Positions 45,675 through 51,790 of a stretch of 51,790 bases of DNA are shown in pieces; position 1 is the first letter of the stretch; every line of letters starts with the position of its first letter. The notes beneath the pieces are model-generated. The model did not search any database. It saw nothing but the letters and a program-made list of their open reading frames with translations, and had not been told where the DNA came from. The stretch comes from Actinomycetota bacterium (GTDB lineage: Bacteria; Actinomycetota; CADDZG01; JAHWKV01). The position numbers and the translations under genes are program-made. The DNA lies in assembly GCA_036258795.1 (NCBI GenBank), contig DATACZ010000010.1, forward strand, positions 1 through 51,790, read 5' to 3'.

Positions 45675-46219
45675 GAGACGTCCTTCCTGAGAGTGGCCAG
45701 CGTACGGTGGACGAGCACCCGCGCCGAACCTTCGCTGCGGCCCAGGGCCTGTGCAATCTCGGCGTGCGGAAGCTCCTCAACAAATCGCAGGATCACTGCC
45801 CTGCGCTGCTCCGCGGGCAGTCGTGCGACTGCCTGAAGGAGGCGTCCCAGCTCCTCCTCGTCGAGGAGTGCCCGGTCCGGGTCCGAGTCGCCGGAGGTTG
45901 CTGCGGCTGGCTCTCCCAGCTCCTCTATCGACACAGTCGCCAGGAACTTCCGGGTGCGGGCATGATTAGCCGTGGCGTTGCGAGCCGAGGTGAACAGCCA
46001 CGCCGCTACCTCGGGCGAACCGGCCTCCTTTGGATCCATGTGCTTCAGGGCCTGAGAAAACACCTGTGCCGCAAGGTCCTCGGCGTCATGGTGATTACGA
46101 ACCCGGCGCAGGATATAGGCCTGAACAGGCTTGATGTACCTAGCGTAAACTTCACGAAAGGCGGATTCCTTCCAGGCTGCAACGCGCTGCACCTGGTTCT
46201 TCCCCAATTTTTCCGTCAC
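45671..46219 (-). CDS. ECF-type RNA polymerase sigma-70 family factor
   Basis: 182 aa. Region 2 (FREVYARYIKPVQAYILRRVRNHHDAEDLAAQVFSQAL, WLFTSARNATANHAR). Region 4 (LPAEQRRAVILRFVEELPHAEIAQALGRSEGSARVLVHRTLATLR). Stop overlaps the fabD ATG (ATGA at 45671-45674). Confidence 0.88.
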   Translation of the reverse strand: MTEKLGKNQVQRVAAWKESAFREVYARYIKPVQAYILRRVRNHHDAEDLAAQVFSQALKHMDPKEAGSPEVAAWLFTSARNATANHARTRKFLATVSIEELGEPAAATSGDSDPDRALLDEEELGRLLQAVARLPAEQRRAVILRFVEELPHAEIAQALGRSEGSARVLVHRTLATLRKDVS

Positions 46220-46248
46220 AGTGGTTAAGACACGGCAGTGGGTGAAAC

Positions 46249-46270
46249 GTTACCAGTTACCTGGAGTAAC
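46249..46270. promoter_or_regulatory. Imperfect palindrome in the 55-nt sigma/TetR divergent spacer (candidate operator)
   Basis: GTTACCAG-TTAC-CTGG(AG)TAAC at 46249-46270, ending 4 nt before the TetR ATG (46275) and overlapping its GGAG. Confidence 0.3.
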
Positions 46271-46274
46271 TTTA

Positions 46275-46922
46275 ATGGAGGCCCGTAGACGGGTCTCCCG
46301 AGAGGAGCGCCGGAGGCGGCTATTGGCCTCGGCTGAGGAACTCTTCGGGAGACAAGGTTACCGCAAAACCGAGGTAGAGGAGGTCGCGCGCCGGGCGGGC
46401 GTAACCAAGCCAATGCTTTACCGGCACTTTCCCGGCGGTAAGGCTGAGGTGTTCATGGCGGTGCTCGACGAGCACATCAACTCGCTTTTGAGAGGCCTCT
46501 GGGAAGCCATGGGCTCTTCCACAAACCCACGAGAGAGGCTCCATCGGGGTATTGATGCCTATCTCAGGTTCGCCGAAGCCAATCCCGAAGCCTTCCAGTT
46601 GATGATTTTGTCTTCGGTCGAACTAGACCCTGTTCTAGGAAGCCGGCTTCGTGAGGTGCGGGAGTCCATAGTACGGGGCCTTACCAACACCATCTCCGAC
46701 GTGATGAAGGGCGCAGGGCTTCATGCGCGGGGGGCTCCGCTGTATGCGAATGCGCTCCTTGGGGCGGTTGAGTCCGTGGTGGGGTGGTGGCTCGAGTCGG
46801 GAGCGGGGAATCGCGACCTCATCGTCGACCACCTTCTTGCCTTTGTCTGGCGGGGATTTGACGGCTTGCCCAGGGACCCGGCCCGGTTCCATGTCGAGCA
46901 TTTCCCAATCAGAAAGGCCTGA
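46275..46922 (+). CDS. TetR/AcrR family transcriptional regulator
   Basis: ATG 46275 gives MEARRRVSREERRRRLLASAEELFGRQGYRKTEVEEVARRAGVTKPMLYRHF (TetR N-terminal HTH). The ORF-track GTG 46221 would abut the sigma gene start. Confidence 0.88.
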   Translation: MEARRRVSREERRRRLLASAEELFGRQGYRKTEVEEVARRAGVTKPMLYRHFPGGKAEVFMAVLDEHINSLLRGLWEAMGSSTNPRERLHRGIDAYLRFAEANPEAFQLMILSSVELDPVLGSRLREVRESIVRGLTNTISDVMKGAGLHARGAPLYANALLGAVESVVGWWLESGAGNRDLIVDHLLAFVWRGFDGLPRDPARFHVEHFPIRKA

Positions 46923-47120
46923 CCAATTTTGGGACATGTTAACGCCGGGTAACTTAAAACACCGGGCTGCTTGCAGATTTTCGCCCGGGCCGCGGCTGCC
47001 TGCAGTTCCGTCGCGCCCTGGTGCAACTTTCGGGAGACCCTTGGTATCGTTCCCTGGACTTGCGGGCGTCCTGGGGCCGTGGCTCGAGAGAGCCCGCCCA
47101 ACTGCCGCGCAAGGAGCGTA

Positions 47121-49373
47121 GTGAAAAGCGAACAGGACACCGTTAATCCAGCCGTTCTCGATGCCATCGAGCCGTTTCCTCAACCGGTCGACGATCCCGC
47201 TTGGCTCATCACGGTAGAGGGATTCGATCACCGCCGGGAAAAGGACTACGAATCGTGGTTCACGGTTGCAAACGGACGCTTGGGGACCAGGGGATCGCTC
47301 GAGGAGCTCACCTCGCACTCATCTCCCGCCACATACGTCGCCGGGGTCTACGCCACTCCCGAGGAAGCTGCGCTCGTCCCCGAGGTTCCGGAACTGATAG
47401 CAGGGCCGGACTGGGCGCGCCTTGAGTTTCATCTTGGCGGCGAACGAGCGAATCTCGAGCGCGGGGACCTCCTGGAGCTGCGGCGAGTTCTGGACCTAAG
47501 ACATGGCATCCTTTTTCGTACCTGGCGCCACCGCCTGCCGTCTGGCGCCGGGATGACATTCCGATCCGCTCGCTTCGCCTCTCTGGCGGACAGGGCCATC
47601 CTGGTTCTCATGGCGGAGTTGGAGTCAGAGCACCCGGCGCGACTTACTACGCACATCCCGCTCACCTACACGACTCTCTATGAACGCCTCGAGATGGAGC
47701 AGCAAAGTGGGTGGGTCAATATCAACCTCCAGGGACGAAAGGGCGGAAGAGCCTCATTCGCCATCTCCAGCGAAGCCAGGGAAGGCCGGCTAGACCGCAT
47801 CGTCGCAGTGAGTCGCGGGCCGGATGAGAGGAATGCGAGCGACGTTCTGAGCGCCGCTCGTCGCAAGGGAGCCGGCTCGCTCATGGAGGAGCACTGTCGG
47901 GCATGGACCACGCGATGGGGGGATTCCGATGTGGTGATCGGTGGAGACCCTGAGACGCAGCGGGCCATGCGTTTTGCCTTGTATCACCTCATGTCATCCG
48001 GGGACCCAGAAAGCGATCTAGCATCGATCGGAGCCCGAGGATTGACCGGCCCTGGGTACCGCGGGCACGTTTTCTGGGATACGGATGTCTTCGTCGTTCC
48101 TTTCTACATCTTCACCGACCCCACTGTGGCCAGGGCACTTCTCGCCTACCGTTACCGGACCCTCCCGGAGGCCAAAAAAAAGGCGGCTCAGTTCGGTTAC
48201 AGGGGAGCTCTCTATCCGTGGGAATCGGCGGATACGGGGCAGGAAGTAACGCCGCCTTATGTTTCCCTCAACGACGGGACCCGAATACCGGTTTTAACCG
48301 CCCTCCAGCAACACCATATTTCCGCCGACGTCGCCTGGGCGACGTACCTGTACTGGCGTGTCACCGGAGATGACACGTTTCTGGAGGAGATGGGTGCGGA
48401 GATCCTCCTGGAGACGGCAAGGTTCTGGGCATCACGAGTGACGCTTGGGCCGGACGGCCGGTATCACATTCACGGCATCATGGGTCCGGATGAGTACCAC
48501 TCCAACGTCTCCGACAACGCCTATACCAATGCCCTGGCCCGCTGGAACCTCGAGCGTGCCCTTGAGGTGCTCGACGTGCTTCACGAACTCAACGAGGAGT
48601 CTTCGAGACGACTCGCCGAACGCCTAAAGCTGCGCAAGTCGGAGATACAACACTGGCGGGCGGTGGCGAATGGTTTGTTTGACGGGTTCGACCCCGACAC
48701 TCTGCTCTACGAGCAGTTCGCAGGGTTTTTTGATCTGGAGGACCTTCGGGCGGTTGACGTGGCTCCCCGGCCCTTTGCGGGAGAGCTGGCGGTGGGCATA
48801 ACCAGGCTTCCGCTCTGTCAGGTGACCAAGCAGTCCGATGTCCTCATGCTTGCTCACATGCTTCCGGATGCGGTTTCGCCGGCAGCTGCCCACGCGAATT
48901 ATCGTTACTATGAGCCGAGGAGCTCCCACGGCAGTTCGTTATCCCCGGCGATCCACGCGTCGGTGGCAGCCAGGACCAATGACTTGGCATCGGCGCTTGA
49001 TTACTTCCGCATGGCCGCAGGTTTCGACCTTGGCGGCCGTATAGGGATTGCTGCGGACGGAGTGCATCTTGCGACGATGGGCGGTCTTTGGCAGGCCGCG
49101 GTGATGGGATTTGGAGGGCTGCAGGCGGAAAGCGAAGGGGTGCGTATTGATCCACGGCTCCCATCGGAGTGGGACCGATTGGCTTTCTCGATTCGGTGGC
49201 GGGGAGCTCGGCTGGGGATCGAGGTGGAGGGCAAGTCGTTGAGTTTGAATGTGGAAGCCCAGACCGGGGTCGCCCTTGGCGGACAGCCTCTGCGCTTACT
49301 CGGGCCTGGCAGCTATGAGGCCCGCCGAGAGGAAAACGGCTGGGGATCTTTGCAGAAGACCGGAGCCGGATGA
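47121..49373 (+). CDS. Glycoside hydrolase family 65 disaccharide phosphorylase (trehalose/maltose/kojibiose type; specificity not assignable)
   Basis: GTG 47121 preceded by aaggag (47111-47116). WLITVEGFD...ESWFTVANGRLGTRGSLEE N-terminal domain. Catalytic region GLTGPGYRGHVFWDTDVF, YPWESADTGQEVTP, IMGPDEYH. The ORF-track start 46971 adds 50 non-conserved aa. Confidence 0.88.
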   Translation: MKSEQDTVNPAVLDAIEPFPQPVDDPAWLITVEGFDHRREKDYESWFTVANGRLGTRGSLEELTSHSSPATYVAGVYATPEEAALVPEVPELIAGPDWARLEFHLGGERANLERGDLLELRRVLDLRHGILFRTWRHRLPSGAGMTFRSARFASLADRAILVLMAELESEHPARLTTHIPLTYTTLYERLEMEQQSGWVNINLQGRKGGRASFAISSEAREGRLDRIVAVSRGPDERNASDVLSAARRKGAGSLMEEHCRAWTTRWGDSDVVIGGDPETQRAMRFALYHLMSSGDPESDLASIGARGLTGPGYRGHVFWDTDVFVVPFYIFTDPTVARALLAYRYRTLPEAKKKAAQFGYRGALYPWESADTGQEVTPPYVSLNDGTRIPVLTALQQHHISADVAWATYLYWRVTGDDTFLEEMGAEILLETARFWASRVTLGPDGRYHIHGIMGPDEYHSNVSDNAYTNALARWNLERALEVLDVLHELNEESSRRLAERLKLRKSEIQHWRAVANGLFDGFDPDTLLYEQFAGFFDLEDLRAVDVAPRPFAGELAVGITRLPLCQVTKQSDVLMLAHMLPDAVSPAAAHANYRYYEPRSSHGSSLSPAIHASVAARTNDLASALDYFRMAAGFDLGGRIGIAADGVHLATMGGLWQAAVMGFGGLQAESEGVRIDPRLPSEWDRLAFSIRWRGARLGIEVEGKSLSLNVEAQTGVALGGQPLRLLGPGSYEARREENGWGSLQKTGAG

Positions 49374-50194
49374 GCTCGGATCAGAAACCCCAGCCGGAGG
49401 GGTCAGGTGACGAGCTTGAGCTGAGGCGCCTGGTTGACGGCCAAGCCGTGATTCCGATTGGCAGAGTCGACGGTGTCATATTCGACATGGACGGCGTCGT
49501 GACCGACACCGCCAAAGTCCATGCCGGGGCCTGGAAGCAGATGTTCGACGAGTATCTGAGGCACCGAACGGAAGGGACCGACGAAAGCTTCGTCCCTTTC
49601 GACTCGGGAAAGGACTACCTGTTGTACGTCGATGGAAAGAGCCGCTACGACGGGGCCCGTGCCTTCCTTGATTCCCGCCACATCTCCTTGCCCTTTGGCA
49701 CACCGCAGGATCCACCCGAGGCACAAACGGTTTCTGGACTGGCCAATCGCAAGGATAAGTACTTCATGAAGCAGTTGGAGACCGGCGGTGCGGATGCCTA
49801 CACGTCCACCATCCGTCTGGTGAGCGAGCTCCAAAAGAGAGGCTTGGGGATTGCCATCATCTCGGCGAGCCGCAATATGAAGGAAGTCCTGCACGCGGCG
49901 GATGTCGCCGACTTGTTCGATGAGAAGGTAGATGGTCGGGACGCTGCCGAGCTGGGATTGAAGGGCAAGCCCGATCCGGCGGTTTTCCTGGAGGCCGCCA
50001 AGCGTCTTGGTGTGCACCCGAGGCGTGCAGTGGTAGTCGAGGATGCTCTGGCTGGCGTCGAAGCGGCCCGCAGGGGAGGATTTGGACTGGTCATCGGCGT
50101 CGACCGAGTTGGCCAAGCTGAGGCCTTACGAAATGCGGGCGCGGATGTTGTGGTCAAGGATCTGGCCGAGGTCACGATCTCGGAGGAAATTTAG
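49370..50194 (+). CDS. pgmB: Beta-phosphoglucomutase-family HAD hydrolase
   Basis: 274 aa. ATGA overlap with the GH65 gene. HAD motif I GVIFDMDGVVTDT, motif II SASRN, motif III/IV KGKPDPAVFL ... VVEDALAGVEAA. Confidence 0.88.
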   Translation: MSSDQKPQPEGSGDELELRRLVDGQAVIPIGRVDGVIFDMDGVVTDTAKVHAGAWKQMFDEYLRHRTEGTDESFVPFDSGKDYLLYVDGKSRYDGARAFLDSRHISLPFGTPQDPPEAQTVSGLANRKDKYFMKQLETGGADAYTSTIRLVSELQKRGLGIAIISASRNMKEVLHAADVADLFDEKVDGRDAAELGLKGKPDPAVFLEAAKRLGVHPRRAVVVEDALAGVEAARRGGFGLVIGVDRVGQAEALRNAGADVVVKDLAEVTISEEI

Positions 50195-50287
50195 GCATCA
50201 AACACGACCGATCGGTATGTTTTTCTGGGTATCGTCACCGGGTAAGCAATATACGGGAACAGTTTTCTGGGGGGTACGAGGACGCCT

Positions 50288-51316
50288 ATGAATACCTACA
50301 CCGAAGAGCTTCACGACACGGCCCGTAAGCTGGTTGTTGAGGGCAAGGGAATCCTGGCTGCCGACGAGAGCACAGGCACCATCACAAAGCGGCTGGGAAA
50401 GGTTGGAGTCGAGTCGACCGAGGAAAATCGGCGGGCCTACCGGGAGTTGTTTTTCACCGCCGATGGGATTGAGGAGGCGATCAGCGGGGTGATCCTCTAC
50501 GACGAGACCATCCGGCAGAGCACTTCCGATGGAAAGCCCTTTCCCGAGCTCATGAAAGAGCGAGGGATCGTTCCGGGCATCAAGGTCGACACCGGCGCCA
50601 AGCCTCTCGCCGGCTCCTCAGACGAAAAAGTTACCGAAGGGCTGGACGGTCTTCGTGACCGCCTGGAGGAATACAGGGAGCTAGGCGCTGGATTCGCCAA
50701 ATGGCGGGCTGTGATCACGATCGGTGAGGACATCCCGACGGATTACTGCTTGCTGGTCAACGCGCACGCCCTGGGCAGGTACGCCGCTCTATGCCAGGAG
50801 GCTGGCATTGTGCCGATCGTCGAGCCAGAGGTCCTGATGGACGGCGACCACAGCATCGAGCGTTCCTACCAGGTCACCTCGGACACACTGCACACCGTCT
50901 TCGACCAGCTGTACCAGCAGCGGGTCGACTTCGAGGGCATGCTCTTGAAGCCAAACATGGTCATCTCGGGCTACGAGAACGCCGATCAGGCAGACGTCCA
51001 GAGGGTTGCCGAGGAAACCCTACGGTGCCTCCGCGCGGTGGTGCCGGCATCGGTTCCGGGAATCGTATTCCTCTCCGGCGGACAAAGCGACGAGAAGGCT
51101 GCCGAGCATCTGAACGCCATGAATCAAATTGGTGGAGCCCCTTGGGCCCTCAGCTTCTCGTACGGCAGGGCGCTCATGGCCGCGGCGATGAAGACATGGG
51201 CTGGGGACAGTTCCAAGGTGGGGGCCAGCCAGGATGTATTCATGCAAAGGGCCAGAGCCAACTCGGCCGCGACGCTAGGCAAGTACTCAGAGGACATGCT
51301 GGAGAAGGTAGCCTAG
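50288..51316 (+). CDS. fba: Fructose-bisphosphate aldolase, class I (Schiff-base, eukaryote-like Glycolytic family)
   Basis: 342 aa. GKGILAADESTGTITKRL, GIKVDTGAKPL, LLKPNMV (Schiff-base Lys), FLSGGQS, ALSFSYGRAL. Confidence 0.9.
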   Translation: MNTYTEELHDTARKLVVEGKGILAADESTGTITKRLGKVGVESTEENRRAYRELFFTADGIEEAISGVILYDETIRQSTSDGKPFPELMKERGIVPGIKVDTGAKPLAGSSDEKVTEGLDGLRDRLEEYRELGAGFAKWRAVITIGEDIPTDYCLLVNAHALGRYAALCQEAGIVPIVEPEVLMDGDHSIERSYQVTSDTLHTVFDQLYQQRVDFEGMLLKPNMVISGYENADQADVQRVAEETLRCLRAVVPASVPGIVFLSGGQSDEKAAEHLNAMNQIGGAPWALSFSYGRALMAAAMKTWAGDSSKVGASQDVFMQRARANSAATLGKYSEDMLEKVA

Positions 51317-51391
51317 GTCCAGGCGCAGATCCGAGCAGGGCCCAGCCGCAACAGCGGCGCACAGTTACCTTTGCCACCATATGATGCCTTA

Positions 51392-51790
51392 ATGCCTCAT
51401 CTGAGGCTGGGAGTTCTTGCTTCCCACGGGGGTTCCAACCTTCAGGCTGTCATCGACGCCTGCAGGATGGGCGCGCTGGATGCGGAAGTCGCGGTAGTGA
51501 TCAGCAACAACAGAGCCTCGATGGCTCTGGCGCGGGCTGATCAGGCTTCGATACCCACCTATCACCTGAGCGGCAAGACCCATCCCGAATTCGAAAGGCT
51601 CGACGAGGAGATCGCTCGTCTCCTGGAGCTTCACCATGTGAATCTTGTTCTGCTAGCCGGATACATGAAAAAGCTCGGTCCGATGACGCTTGCACGCTTC
51701 CCTCGCCGGATCATCAACATCCATCCGGCGCTCCTTCCAAAGTTCGGCGGCCAGGGGATGTACGGGAGGTTTGTTCACGAGGCGGTGCTG
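51392..51790 (+). CDS. purN: Phosphoribosylglycinamide formyltransferase, N-terminal 133 codons (runs off window)
   Basis: MPHLRLGVLASHGGSNLQAVIDA..., VVISNNRASMAL, LVLLAGYMKKLG, IINIHPALLPKFGGQGMYG are typical PurN motifs. Not in the ORF track because it is open at the edge. Confidence 0.88.
   Translation, partial: MPHLRLGVLASHGGSNLQAVIDACRMGALDAEVAVVISNNRASMALARADQASIPTYHLSGKTHPEFERLDEEIARLLELHHVNLVLLAGYMKKLGPMTLARFPRRIINIHPALLPKFGGQGMYGRFVHEAVL

Noticed and set aside
48174-48181. A8 homopolymer inside the GH65 gene (GCC AAA AAA AAG), a possible slippage or phase-variation site.
   Set aside because: The reading frame is intact through it and encodes a plausible EAKKKAA segment. There is no evidence of variation from a single sequence.

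Overview
GC-rich bacterial chromosomal segment (roughly 60-65% GC by eye, not computed). About 58 tightly packed protein genes; I found no rRNA, tRNA, CRISPR array or transposase. Gene order is recG-rsmD-coaD-yceD-rpmF-rnc-mutM ... smc-ftsY-ffh-rpsP-KH-rimM-trmD-rplS-lepB-rnhB-DUF2469-yraN-comM-dprA-whiG-rpsB-tsf-pyrH-frr-cdsA-dxr-rseP-proS. This matches the conserved housekeeping block I recall from Actinomycetota (Streptomyces-like order, DUF2469 present), so I infer an actinobacterial origin. After it come a minus-strand fatty-acid synthesis operon (ECF sigma-fabD-small barrel protein-fabH-fabG-acpP-fabF-acpS), a divergent TetR gene, a GH65 phosphorylase/beta-phosphoglucomutase pair, a class I aldolase and purN. 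The window starts inside a GTP-PEPCK gene that the ORF track omits because it is open at the edge. The best candidate for an undescribed system is a two-gene minus-strand insertion between rnhB and DUF2469 (23689-27335). It encodes a GT4 glycosyltransferase fused to a methyltransferase-like domain with a degenerate SAM loop, ATGA-coupled to a kinase-like protein (HGS instead of HGD) with a ~110-residue coiled coil and a basic C-terminal helix. Together these recreate the domain logic of the E. coli O9a WbdA/WbdD glycan chain-length ruler, but with apparently dead catalytic motifs and no nearby exporter. Other points worth follow-up:
- proS has no canonical start codon and is probably ATT-initiated, in the same frame as rseP across a single TAG.
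- The whole rpsB-tsf spacer is duplicated as a 78-nt tandem repeat.
- A lysine-less biotinyl/lipoyl-like barrel protein sits inside the fab operon.
- An ECF sigma gene is stop/start-coupled to fabD.
- A membrane protein gene is split by a frameshift at an A5 run.
All calls rest on reading the translations and the sequence. No database search was run.
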